Shown here piece after piece: positions 9,386 to 18,993 of a DNA stretch of 37,082 nt. The translations under genes were made by a program, and so were the position numbers. The notes under the pieces were generated by a model. That model worked only from the letters and a program-made list of their open reading frames with translations, made no database searches and had not been told where the DNA came from. Every line of letters begins with the position of its first letter. The first letter of the stretch is position 1. The stretch is from a virus (Duplodnaviria > Caudoviricetes): IMG/VR virus record IMGVR_UViG_3300005077_000054, positions 1 to 37,082 of that record; one strand, 5' to 3'.

Positions 9386-10093
9386 ATGATGAATAAAAAT
9401 TTATTATTCGTAATTGTAGCTGCCCTTATAGCCGAGAAAGAATTAAAGAAAGATAAGTTCGATTTACAGTTATTCGCCTCTGACTGGTATCCAGGAAATC
9501 CACTGGTTGACAGTGAACTTCAGACAGATGTTCCCGGTGTGACTGCTCCTGACGAAGGACGCATTGCACATCTTTCATGGACAGCCGCAGAAGCTGCAGC
9601 AGCCTCTGCAACCGCAGTTCATGCAGCAATTACAGATAACGGATCAGAGCAGGTAATAACTACAGGTATAACAAATCCCCCATGTGCGCGTAATATTACA
9701 GCCACGGCCGGAGGAACTGCTGGAGATATAAAAGCTGTCCAGGTGTTAATCACTGGAACAAATATGCTTGATGAAGTTATAACAGAGTCTTTACCGGCAT
9801 TCACAGTGGATACAGCCGGAATTGTGGTCGGTAATAAAGCCTTTAAAACTGTCACAAGTATAACCTTACCTGCCATGGATGGAACAGGAGCCACAGTATC
9901 AATCGGATACGGCGATAAACTCGGACTTCCTTATCTTCTGACAGATAATAATCTTCTGAAGACTCATTTAAATCATGTTCTCGAAGGAACAGCCGCAACT
10001 ATAGCAATGTCCGCGACCCTTATTGAGAGCAACACTATTGATTTAAATAGTTCTCTTAATGGTACTGTGGTTGACGCCTATCTTATTGTTTAA
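9386..10093 (+). CDS. Putative head decoration / auxiliary capsid protein
   Basis: Directly after MCP, Ala/Thr/Gly-rich beta protein, FDLQLFA near N-terminus, followed by a terminator. Confidence 0.6.
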   Translation: MMNKNLLFVIVAALIAEKELKKDKFDLQLFASDWYPGNPLVDSELQTDVPGVTAPDEGRIAHLSWTAAEAAAASATAVHAAITDNGSEQVITTGITNPPCARNITATAGGTAGDIKAVQVLITGTNMLDEVITESLPAFTVDTAGIVVGNKAFKTVTSITLPAMDGTGATVSIGYGDKLGLPYLLTDNNLLKTHLNHVLEGTAATIAMSATLIESNTIDLNSSLNGTVVDAYLIV

Positions 10094-10100
10094 AATTAAC

Positions 10101-10123
10101 GGGAGGGGTTCGCCCCTCTCTTT
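10101..10123 (+). terminator. Intrinsic terminator after head genes
   Basis: GGGAGGGG-ttcg-CCCCTCTC-TTT. Confidence 0.7.
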
Positions 10124-10136
10124 GAGGTGCTTTTAA

Positions 10137-10649
10137 ATGCCTGAACCTGAATACGAGTCTGTTATAGAAGTAGGAGAAAATTCTTATATTGATATAGACG
10201 ACGCCGATAGTTATTTCGCTACAAAATACGGAGCGGAAGCCTGGGCAGATTTATCAGATGAGACTAAAGACAAACTTCTTATCACAGCGACACAGAAAAT
10301 TGACAATTTAACTCTTAAGGGCCGGAAATTTGTTTATACTCAGACCCTTAATTTCCCTCGTTATATTTGCGTTGATAGAGAATTACAGCAAGCTTATATC
10401 GGTTCTCCTGGAATTAACGATGGAACTATTCCTATTCAAGTTGAAAAGGCCACTTGTGAAGAAGCTCTTGCTTTATTGAATACAGAAGCTACAAAAAGAC
10501 GGGAGCTTCAAGAGCAGGGAGTTACAGGATTTACAATTGGAAAACTCTCTGAAACTTTTAGCGGTAATATTTCTTCTTCTTCATTATTAAGCACGGAAGC
10601 TAAAAATTTACTCAAAGCATGGATAGCCGGGAAAGTGAGAATAAAATGA
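10137..10649 (+). CDS. Head-tail connector / adaptor (DnaT-like family)
   Basis: NSYI...ADSYF...W, LITAT..ID, Q.L.FPR, VEKATCEEAL pattern; position. Confidence 0.75.
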   Translation: MPEPEYESVIEVGENSYIDIDDADSYFATKYGAEAWADLSDETKDKLLITATQKIDNLTLKGRKFVYTQTLNFPRYICVDRELQQAYIGSPGINDGTIPIQVEKATCEEALALLNTEATKRRELQEQGVTGFTIGKLSETFSGNISSSSLLSTEAKNLLKAWIAGKVRIK

Positions 10650-10942
10650 TTAAAAGCTATTTAAATCAAACCGTTTCACATAAAGCCAGAACCGGGAAAG
10701 ATGAATACAATCAATCTACTTTTGCAACTGCGGTTGATATTCCGGCAAAATATGAGTATAGTAGAAGAGAGGTATTGAACCGCGAAGGTGAAAAAGTAAT
10801 CAGTGAGTCAGTTTGTTTCACAACAGTAGAAGTAAAAGCAGGGGATATAATAACTTTTGACGGGATTGACTGGTCTGTAATTTTAGCGACACCTGAAAGA
10901 GGACTCGGAGGAGAGGTTGACCATTATGAGTGCAGACTTTAA
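10646..10942 (+). CDS. Head closure / stopper protein
   Basis: Position and size; ATGA overlap at 10646; GKDEYN, GEKVIS motifs. Confidence 0.7.
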   Translation: MIKSYLNQTVSHKARTGKDEYNQSTFATAVDIPAKYEYSRREVLNREGEKVISESVCFTTVEVKAGDIITFDGIDWSVILATPERGLGGEVDHYECRL

Positions 10943-11285
10943 AGTTTTTGGAATAGAAAAAACTATAGCAAATCTATTAAAGCTTAAAACCGAGATAGAA
11001 GCAGATACAGCAAAAGCAGTAATGAAGTGTGGACAGCATTTGAAGGGTGAGTCTCAAAAACAGGTTCCAGTAGATACACACGATTTGCAGAGGTCTGCGC
11101 AGGTTGAAATGGTTGATAAAAATACTGTCGAAGTGAGTTATAATAAAGAATATGCCCTTACTCAACATGAAAGACTCGATTTTAAGCATACACAGGGCAA
11201 GGCAAAATACCTTGAAGACCCGTTAACTCAAAATAAACAAAAATATATAGAACACATTAAATCAGGCGGAAAGAGCGGATTATGA
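10926..11285 (+). CDS. Neck / tail completion protein (HK97 gp10-like)
   Basis: VPVDT..L.RS, YA..QHE, GKAKYLEDP. Confidence 0.8.
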   Translation: MSADFKVFGIEKTIANLLKLKTEIEADTAKAVMKCGQHLKGESQKQVPVDTHDLQRSAQVEMVDKNTVEVSYNKEYALTQHERLDFKHTQGKAKYLEDPLTQNKQKYIEHIKSGGKSGL

Positions 11286-11686
11286 GTGATTTACTAAATG
11301 ACCTTAAAAATTATATCCTACAGGAATTATATCCTGATTTTGACGAAGATGAGGATGAGAATTTTATATTTCTCGACTCTGTTCCGTTCTCTCCTGACAG
11401 TGTTATAGTGATTTCTGAATACCAGGGGACGCCTGGACTTGTTCTTGATGAAAGAAAGGTTCAAATTCTCTGTAGAGATCTGGTATATTCAACCGCAAAA
11501 GCTTTGTCGTGGCAAATCAGAAATCTTCTTGACCCTATAAATCCGGAGCACAGAGTCTTTTTGGGAGAAAATTCAAATAGAACAGCAGTAATAAAAGCAC
11601 TTCAACCGCCATTCTTTCTGCAAAACGATGAAAGAAACAGAGTTATTTTTGATTGTAATTATAAAGTGAGAACTGTAAGAGATTAA
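11282..11686 (+). CDS. Tail terminator / minor capsid protein
   Basis: VQILCR, QPPFFL..DE.NR motifs; just before the tail tube gene. Confidence 0.72.
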   Translation: MSDLLNDLKNYILQELYPDFDEDEDENFIFLDSVPFSPDSVIVISEYQGTPGLVLDERKVQILCRDLVYSTAKALSWQIRNLLDPINPEHRVFLGENSNRTAVIKALQPPFFLQNDERNRVIFDCNYKVRTVRD

Positions 11687-11715
11687 ATAATAGTTTAGTC
11701 TTAATAGATATTAAT

Positions 11716-11748
11716 AAAAGTCCTTATTCTAAGGGCTTTTTTATTTTA
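11716..11748 (+). terminator. Terminator-like hairpin
   Basis: aaaagtcctta-ttc-taagggctttt plus T-tract. Confidence 0.55.
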
Positions 11749-11764
11749 TAAAAGGAGTGATATT

Positions 11765-12688
11765 ATGACAGCAATAGCAAATTACCAGGAAAGTACAAGT
11801 AAACTTCAGTTGGAAGAAATAACACAGGATGATGCAGATGGATTCGCAACAAATACGCCCATAGATTTATCTGAAAGGTTGATAAAGTTTTCTTTCAAGC
11901 CAAAACCTATCAACAAAAAGATTTTTGCAGATGGCAAACTTCAGGCAGATCTTTATAGATGCTTAGAGGGAGAAATAGAAATTGAATTAACAGGCTTAAC
12001 TGCAGCGGAAAAGTCTCAAATTTTTGGATTTAAAAACGTCGGCGCAATCAGAAGAGAAGGAGATATTTCCCTTACACCATTCTATGTTGTGAAGAGACAG
12101 GTAGATTTCAGCGGCGGAAAAATCGTAGGTGAAAGATATTTAAAGGTAAAATTTACTCTCGGTGATGAAAATTCCGAAACTGCTACAACTGAAAAAATCA
12201 GTGCAGATTCTGTTATTTTAAAGGGTACTACCTGCGCAACTGTTCACGTATTTACAGAAGAAAGCGCAAGTAATCCACTTAAAGATGTGTGTGACAACAT
12301 GGACCCGCTCTATAATGATGAACTTGATACCTGGTTTACTCAGGGTGTCAGTTATAGCGCAGTTGATACAGTTGCGCCGACACTTTCATCCGTAACGCCT
12401 ATTTCTGGTGCTACAGATCAACTTGCAACTGTTAATGTGGTCTGGGATTTTGACAAAACCATTCTTTCAAGTTGCGTAACAGCAGACAATTTTTTCTTAA
12501 TTAAAGACAGTGATGGCTCAAAGGTTGCAGGCGCTCTTTCTCAGGATGACGATGAAATCACATTTAATCCAACCGCTTCTCTTGCAGCAGGAGCGACATA
12601 TACTGCAGTTTACACAACTGCGGTTAAATCAAAGACCGGCATAGCAATAGCAGCTCCGTCTTACACTAAATTCACTGTAGCAGCTTAA
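11765..12688 (+). CDS. Major tail tube protein with C-terminal Ig-like domain
   Basis: FADG and phi13-like tube motifs; C-terminal DTVAPTL..VTP..GAT...ITFNPTASL....YT (Big_5-like). Confidence 0.82.
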   Translation: MTAIANYQESTSKLQLEEITQDDADGFATNTPIDLSERLIKFSFKPKPINKKIFADGKLQADLYRCLEGEIEIELTGLTAAEKSQIFGFKNVGAIRREGDISLTPFYVVKRQVDFSGGKIVGERYLKVKFTLGDENSETATTEKISADSVILKGTTCATVHVFTEESASNPLKDVCDNMDPLYNDELDTWFTQGVSYSAVDTVAPTLSSVTPISGATDQLATVNVVWDFDKTILSSCVTADNFFLIKDSDGSKVAGALSQDDDEITFNPTASLAAGATYTAVYTTAVKSKTGIAIAAPSYTKFTVAA

Positions 12689-12736
12689 AGGAGGGATATA
12701 AGGAGGAGGGATAAATTCTCTCCTCCTTTTAATTTT

Positions 12737-13108
12737 ATGAAACTTGAAAATGTTAGAGAAAAGAAAGTTTATATTGAGCTCGATAAAAAAAGGGAAATCA
12801 AATTTGACTTAAACGCCATGGCGGAACTGGAAGAGATATATGGAGATCTTCCTTCTGCTATGGAAGCTTTAAATAAAAAAATGTCGGTAAAAGCAATGAG
12901 GGCTTTACTTTACTCAGGACTTAAGCATGAAGATGAGGCTTTGACATTACAGCAGGTTGGTTCAATGGTAAAAATGTCAGACCTTTCGATAGTTACAGAA
13001 AAAATCACAGAAGCCTTTAAAGCTGATACTCCCGATATAGAAGATACCGATGGCTTAGTAAAATCTAATTCAAATGTAAGCTTAGGGCCAGCCGGAAAAA
13101 AATCCTGA
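12737..13108 (+). CDS. Tail assembly chaperone (gpG-like)
   Basis: FDLNAMAELEE.YG, GLKHED..LT..QVG; between tube and tape measure genes. Confidence 0.85.
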   Translation: MKLENVREKKVYIELDKKREIKFDLNAMAELEEIYGDLPSAMEALNKKMSVKAMRALLYSGLKHEDEALTLQQVGSMVKMSDLSIVTEKITEAFKADTPDIEDTDGLVKSNSNVSLGPAGKKS

Positions 13109-13263
13109 AAAGCAGACAAGGTAAACTAGATTGGGAATGGATGTATTACTTTGGCTGCTTTATTTTAAATATTCCGGAAGAAAAATTCTGGAAACTCACT
13201 TTAAGAAAATTTAATTCAATAATGAGGCAAAAAATGCAGTTAGAAGGGAAGAAAAATGGCTAG
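13096..13263 (+). CDS. -1 frameshift extension of the tail chaperone (gpGT-like)
   Basis: Slippery A AAA AAA at 13096-13102; the -1 frame reads ILKSRQGKLDWEWMYYFG..LNIPEEKFWKLTLRKF... to TAG 13263. Confidence 0.85.
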   Translation, partial: KKILKSRQGKLDWEWMYYFGCFILNIPEEKFWKLTLRKFNSIMRQKMQLEGKKNG

Positions 13264-16200
13264 ATCAAGAGATGCAAGCGGTAGATTTGTTAGCGGCGGT
13301 GGTAGTGGGGCTAACATGGGTTCTATATTTGTCAGTATAGGTGCAGACCTTACCGGGCTATCAAGCGGACTTGATAAAGCAGCAGATATGTTAAATGATT
13401 TCGGTGATAGAATGTCCGAAATCGGGACAAATCTGTCCACTTATTTAACAATTCCCCTTGCCGCCATGGGTACTGCTATTGCAAAATTCGGAATGGATTT
13501 TGAGAAAAGTTTTGCAAAAGTTTCCACCATGTTCGATGAAACACAAATTTCTTCTGCGAATTTGCAAGATAAATTATTGCAGCTTTCAGATTCCGCCAAT
13601 ATTGCCTCGAATGAACTTAACGAAGGTCTTTATGAAGCTCTTTCTTCTGGAATTCCGATCACCGGCGACGCATCCGACGCGCTGGGATTTATAGAGAAAA
13701 CTGTCAAGCTTGCAAAAGCCGGATTTACTGAGCTTGCGGTGGCGGTTGACGTAGATACAAGTATAATGAATGCTTACGGAATGGGACTTGAAGAAGTCGA
13801 CCGAATTCATAATACTTTAATAGTCACTCAAAATCTCGGCAAAACCACTGTCGATCAGCTCGGTAGAACCCTGTCAAATGTTATTCCAACGGCTGCAAAT
13901 CTCGGAGTTAGCATTGAACAGGTTGGAGCTGCTTTTGCTGCCATGACTGCCCAGGGTGTTCCTACCGCCGAAGCTTCTACCCAAATAAAGATGGCATTGT
14001 CTGAACTTTCAAAATCAGGCACAAAAGCTGATGAAGCGTTCAGGAGTCTTGCTGGACAATCGTTTAAACAGTTTATCGCTGCCGGTGGAACTATGCAACA
14101 AGCTTTTCAGTTAATGGCTGATGGAGCAAAAAAATCCGGCCTTGAAATAAATGATATGTTTAGTAGTATCGACGCCGCCAACGCTGCACTTATTCTTGTG
14201 TCGAATACAGGAAGTAAGAATTTTGTAACTGCCATGGAAACAATGGCAACTCAAACCGGCGCTGTAGATGAAGCTTTCAAAAAAGTAACAGATACTACAG
14301 GTGAGCGATGGAGATCTGCATTCAATCAGATGAAAAATGCAGCCATTAAATTTTTTGATGCAATTGCTCCGGGGTTAGAAGTTCTTGCGAATGCTATTTC
14401 TTATACAGCAAAATATTTGAGTAGTTTCGATGAAGAAACTCAAAAAATAGTGGTAATTTTTGGTGTTCTCTTGGCTGCTATCGGGCCCGTAACTGCCGCC
14501 ATTGGCGCTGTTGCTTCAGCCGTAGCGGCCGTAGGTGCTCCTGTAACTATAGCTATAGCAGGTATAACTGCTTTAGTGGCTGCCTTGGCGAATATATATA
14601 AAACGAATAATGAATTCAAGAAAGCAATAGATGAAATAATAGATCTTTTGAGTAAACTTGGTAAAAAGTTGTACGGTATCGGACAAGATGTTATGGAAGG
14701 GCTTATTGATGGTATAGAGTCAATGCTTTCCACCTTAACGCCAGTTGTCACTTCTATTGCAGAAGCTATTATTTCAATATTAAAATCAGTTTTGGGAATC
14801 GCTTCACCTTCAAAAGAAGCCGAGAAGATTGGGGGAAGTGTTGGAGATGGACTTGTTGACGGCTTAGATGGTTCTCAAAATGCAGTTTCAAATTCAGCAA
14901 AAGAACTCGCAAGGTCTTTAAAAGAAGCTCTCCGGGAAAACCTTGATAAAGTTGAGGACTTCGGAAAAGCTATCGAGCAAGCTTTAAAAAATAGCTACGA
15001 AAAAGCTTATGAGGCAGCAAAAGAACAATCAGATAATACTTTACAGGTAGCAGAAGATGAGTATGAAAGAAAAAGAGATTTAATTGATAAAGGGCTGGAC
15101 GATTCTCTTGAAGCTTATGACAAACAAAAAGAAGCCGCAAGGGATACTGTTGATAGTAATATAAAAGAATACGAGAGAGAATATAGAGAAAAAAAGAGAA
15201 ATCTTGAAGATGAAACAAATGCCTACATCAAGGGATTACAAGACCAAAAAGATGCCGCATCAGATAAAATTGATGACGCCTCCGATAAAGCACAAGATCT
15301 GAAATATGAAAATAGAAAAAAGAAATTGAGGGCAGAGTTATCTAAACCGGGAGCCAGCTTTGCAGATTTATCAGAAGCTCAGGTAAAAATAGATGAGCTT
15401 GAGGCGGAACGTAGTATTGAATTAGAAAAAAGAAAAGCAAAAGCGGAAAAAGAGTCAATACAAGACAGAATAGAGGCAGCACGTGAAAAGCTTAAAGAAG
15501 ACAAGGAAATTCTTGAAGATGAAAAGAGGGATAAGATTGACGCTGAAAGAGAAAAAGAAAAGGAATATTCACGTTGGATAGACAAACAAAAAGACGATTT
15601 GAGGGAATCTGTCGAAGCGACAAAAAAAGAATATGCAAGAGATTATAAGAATTTCAAGGAATATCAAAATCAAAAAATAGATGCGCTTCAAAAATATTAC
15701 AAAGCTTTATCTGATAATGCCGGGCTTGAAGCTCAAAAAATGCTGGTAGAAGGAAATCAGCAAGAAATTCTAAATCTTCTTGAAAAATATTATCCCGGTT
15801 GGCAAAATGCCGGGCAGAAGTATGGAGAATCTCTTGTCGATGGACTCAACTCTCAAAAGGAATCTGCTTCTCAGGCTGTCGATAATCTTCTTAATCTTAA
15901 AGATACTATTGCAAAGCAGGAGGCGCAGCTTGAAGGATTAAAAAAAGGAAAAGGAGTTACCGGTGCCGGCGAAGATACAAAAACTGATACTTCTAGTAAA
16001 AACTCATTAAGCGATTCGTTAAAGAGTATTTCTGATGCCGTAAAACCTGTAACTGATACAATAGAAACAGTTAAAAAAGGCATAAAGCAAACTTCAAAGA
16101 CTATAAATAATGTAAAAACTTCATTTGAAGGTTTCTTTAATTCAATTACTCAAAATATTCCGGGACTTCAAGGGATTGGGGATTGGTTTAGAAATCTTTC

Positions 16201-17281
16201 CGGTAGCATTCTGCCAGTTTTTAAACAGATTTTAGACTCTTTGACTCAGACATCACTTCCAATTTTAAAACAGATGTTTGATTATATACACAACACTGCC
16301 TTACCCGCTGTTTCTACGGCTCTACAGAATTTTGGAGGTACTGTTTTACCTCCACTTATTGAATTAATTAAAACAGCTATTTCTACTATTTCAGATGTTT
16401 TAACGAAGGTTTTTCAATTTGTAACAGTTGAGTTATTGCCGGTAATACTTACAAATATTCAAACATGGCTCCCGACGATCACTGAAATCATAAAAGGATT
16501 AGTCGGAATAATTTCCATAGTAATGGCAGATATATTAAAAGCTATAAACACTGGATTACAGCTTGCAAAACAAGCATTCGATCTTATGTGGCCTTATATT
16601 CAAGTTCTCACAAAAACTACTTTTGAAAATCTTGGCCCGATAGTTGACGTAGCTTTAAAAGCAGTAAATGTGATTATTCAAACTATTCTCGCAGCTTTAA
16701 AAGGTGATTGGAAAACAGTTTATGGCAGTCTTGGGGAAATCGCTAAAGGCGCAATAGAAGCAGCTTCAGGTGTAATAGGAACTGCACTCGGAACAATTGC
16801 CGTTATGATAAAGTCATTCCTTGAACAATTAAAAGAAAAATGGGATGGCGCATGGAACGGACTGGGAACTGTTGTTGCTGATGTATGGGATGGTATTTAC
16901 AATACAATCAATAGTACTATTGGTTCTATCGGCAAATTGATTGACGATTTAATTAATAAAGTAAAAGATGCCATTAATTGGTTAGATCAGCTTAATAATA
17001 AAAAGAACAATCCTGAAGGAAATGGAGCAAAAAAGGGAGGCCCTGAAGAAAGAAATCCTTTTGGAGTTCCTGATTATCTTACCGCTGGGGGCTCAGGCGC
17101 GTCTAAAAACGCTGTAGCAAATTCCACAACAAACAACAATAACAATTCTAAAACTGAAGTAAACTTGACTATTAACGGAGACCAGAAAAACAATAGTAAT
17201 ATACCTGATAAAGTTATAGATGCCAGTAAAACAATGATGTCCTGGGTACTTGCTGCAGGACTCGGAGGTAACAGAGTATGA
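13256..17281 (+). CDS. Tail tape measure protein (TP901-like core)
   Basis: 1341 aa helical protein, LGIASPS motif, periodic W repeats near the C-terminus. Confidence 0.93.
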   Translation: MARSRDASGRFVSGGGSGANMGSIFVSIGADLTGLSSGLDKAADMLNDFGDRMSEIGTNLSTYLTIPLAAMGTAIAKFGMDFEKSFAKVSTMFDETQISSANLQDKLLQLSDSANIASNELNEGLYEALSSGIPITGDASDALGFIEKTVKLAKAGFTELAVAVDVDTSIMNAYGMGLEEVDRIHNTLIVTQNLGKTTVDQLGRTLSNVIPTAANLGVSIEQVGAAFAAMTAQGVPTAEASTQIKMALSELSKSGTKADEAFRSLAGQSFKQFIAAGGTMQQAFQLMADGAKKSGLEINDMFSSIDAANAALILVSNTGSKNFVTAMETMATQTGAVDEAFKKVTDTTGERWRSAFNQMKNAAIKFFDAIAPGLEVLANAISYTAKYLSSFDEETQKIVVIFGVLLAAIGPVTAAIGAVASAVAAVGAPVTIAIAGITALVAALANIYKTNNEFKKAIDEIIDLLSKLGKKLYGIGQDVMEGLIDGIESMLSTLTPVVTSIAEAIISILKSVLGIASPSKEAEKIGGSVGDGLVDGLDGSQNAVSNSAKELARSLKEALRENLDKVEDFGKAIEQALKNSYEKAYEAAKEQSDNTLQVAEDEYERKRDLIDKGLDDSLEAYDKQKEAARDTVDSNIKEYEREYREKKRNLEDETNAYIKGLQDQKDAASDKIDDASDKAQDLKYENRKKKLRAELSKPGASFADLSEAQVKIDELEAERSIELEKRKAKAEKESIQDRIEAAREKLKEDKEILEDEKRDKIDAEREKEKEYSRWIDKQKDDLRESVEATKKEYARDYKNFKEYQNQKIDALQKYYKALSDNAGLEAQKMLVEGNQQEILNLLEKYYPGWQNAGQKYGESLVDGLNSQKESASQAVDNLLNLKDTIAKQEAQLEGLKKGKGVTGAGEDTKTDTSSKNSLSDSLKSISDAVKPVTDTIETVKKGIKQTSKTINNVKTSFEGFFNSITQNIPGLQGIGDWFRNLSGSILPVFKQILDSLTQTSLPILKQMFDYIHNTALPAVSTALQNFGGTVLPPLIELIKTAISTISDVLTKVFQFVTVELLPVILTNIQTWLPTITEIIKGLVGIISIVMADILKAINTGLQLAKQAFDLMWPYIQVLTKTTFENLGPIVDVALKAVNVIIQTILAALKGDWKTVYGSLGEIAKGAIEAASGVIGTALGTIAVMIKSFLEQLKEKWDGAWNGLGTVVADVWDGIYNTINSTIGSIGKLIDDLINKVKDAINWLDQLNNKKNNPEGNGAKKGGPEERNPFGVPDYLTAGGSGASKNAVANSTTNNNNNSKTEVNLTINGDQKNNSNIPDKVIDASKTMMSWVLAAGLGGNRV

Positions 17282-17706
17282 ACACAGGCGGAACTTATAA
17301 CGATTATGTAGCAACGCAAGATTTAGTCACTATAGGTTATTTCCCATACGAACCGGAAGGAGACATCTACCCTTATTATGAAAAAAAAATAACTGAAGCC
17401 TGGTCACTTCCTTCTACAGATGGAAATGGAACTTTCCTGCCTTCGGGGCGGTCTACATTTACAGACGGTTTCAATCCGAATGCCGGGGATTGGGATATAT
17501 CCGGCGTAGGTATGAGCGACGCGACGTATCAAATATTAAAAACTTTTTCTGAGACAAATCCTCCAGATCATTACTTTCTTTTCCATAAGAATAGATTAAA
17601 TACAACTTATCTCATAGAAATAGCAAAATTCCGAGGAACGTGGAACAAAGAATTTATGTGGTGGGAATACACGATGAAACTTTTAAATAAGGGAGTAGTA
17701 ACTTAA
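17278..17706 (+). CDS. Putative distal tail protein
   Basis: Position after TMP, 142 aa; family not recognised. Confidence 0.4.
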   Translation: MNTGGTYNDYVATQDLVTIGYFPYEPEGDIYPYYEKKITEAWSLPSTDGNGTFLPSGRSTFTDGFNPNAGDWDISGVGMSDATYQILKTFSETNPPDHYFLFHKNRLNTTYLIEIAKFRGTWNKEFMWWEYTMKLLNKGVVT

Positions 17707-18992
17707 TGAGTACGCCGAATTTTATAATATTAGACGAAAATAGCGATACAATTACAGAAGAAGACAGAGGATATAAAGACCCTGGCGCAATAGATAATTT
17801 TGAATTTCAGTATCAGAACAATTCCGGGAAATCATTGACAAATATAAAACATAAGCCATATCCGGGACTCGTTAACGATAATTTTGTAAACAACGTAAAC
17901 AACCCGATTGCTGCAGTAGAAATAATCAGACAAAACTCAGGCGGCTCCGATCAGTATTCCTCTATTGCAAGAGAAGACGTGGGAGCAGGACTGACGGCAT
18001 TCGAGCAAAGAGTAAAATGTTTTCGTTATTCAGGCGGAACTTACACTGAAGTTTCATCTGGCGCGGTTTCTTTTATGGCCTCTGCCTCCGACAAAATTAT
18101 TCTTCTTTCTGACCAGAAAATTTTAAATATTCGCATTAAACTCGGCACACTTGGAAGTTATACCGGGTTTACCTTGAAAGTTTCGCAATCTAACGGTAGC
18201 TACGCTACTCCTTCCGGTTTAGTCGATGGGACATCAGGATTGTCGGCTGCCGATGGAGTAATGCAGATTGATGCAGCATCGGCGGAAAACTGGGCTAAAA
18301 TAAGAATTTCAGGAACCGGGATAGATACTCCGGTATGGGCTTATGCGGCTGAATTTAGCTGCACAGGAGTCACGACGCAGGCTATAAGTGAAGCAGATGG
18401 ATTATACTGGGAATATGCCTATTTGACGCCGTATCATTTTTTATACGGAGACGGGGCGTATTACCGTAAATCAGGATCGACTTACGTTGCAGCAACTCCT
18501 GAGTATGAATACGGCAACTTGGGGATGGTAGTCTTCCAGGATAATCCACTTGCCGCGCCTTATGAAAGTTATACTCTCGTCTGTGCTATTTCTTATAAAC
18601 TCCCGCAGGTTCACGTTTTCGTAATTGACGCAACCGGAGCAAATACAGTGACGGTAACGATAGATGGAGGAAGCCCTTCTTCTGATATCGGAGTTCAAAC
18701 AGGCATAAATCCCGTGACAGGTCTTTATTATTCAAATCCGGATGTAATACCAGGCATTGATATTTTTTTAAATACTCTTACTACTGGAGACCAGGGAACT
18801 ATTGATATATCAGAAATGCTAAAATACCTCTCATGGTCACTCACAGAAGGAGATTACCAGAATAAAGATATTGACCTGGCAGATATGGATAATGGAAATG
18901 ACCAAACAGTATATTGTGAATTTTCTCCTCCCATGGATGCCGAAGAGAATGAAGATGAATGGAACTGTGAAGTTTTTATAGAAGGGACATAA
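17706..18992 (+). CDS. Tail-tip structural protein
   Basis: Acidic, beta-rich, translationally coupled within the tail operon. Confidence 0.5.
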   Translation: MSTPNFIILDENSDTITEEDRGYKDPGAIDNFEFQYQNNSGKSLTNIKHKPYPGLVNDNFVNNVNNPIAAVEIIRQNSGGSDQYSSIAREDVGAGLTAFEQRVKCFRYSGGTYTEVSSGAVSFMASASDKIILLSDQKILNIRIKLGTLGSYTGFTLKVSQSNGSYATPSGLVDGTSGLSAADGVMQIDAASAENWAKIRISGTGIDTPVWAYAAEFSCTGVTTQAISEADGLYWEYAYLTPYHFLYGDGAYYRKSGSTYVAATPEYEYGNLGMVVFQDNPLAAPYESYTLVCAISYKLPQVHVFVIDATGANTVTVTIDGGSPSSDIGVQTGINPVTGLYYSNPDVIPGIDIFLNTLTTGDQGTIDISEMLKYLSWSLTEGDYQNKDIDLADMDNGNDQTVYCEFSPPMDAEENEDEWNCEVFIEGT

Positions 18993-18993
18993 A

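Noticed and set aside
10137-10649. DnaT-like replication protein
   Set aside because: Position between capsid and stopper genes indicates a head-tail adaptor.
14980-15720. Separate SMC- or myosin-like gene
   Set aside because: It is an in-frame charged coiled-coil segment of the tape measure protein.
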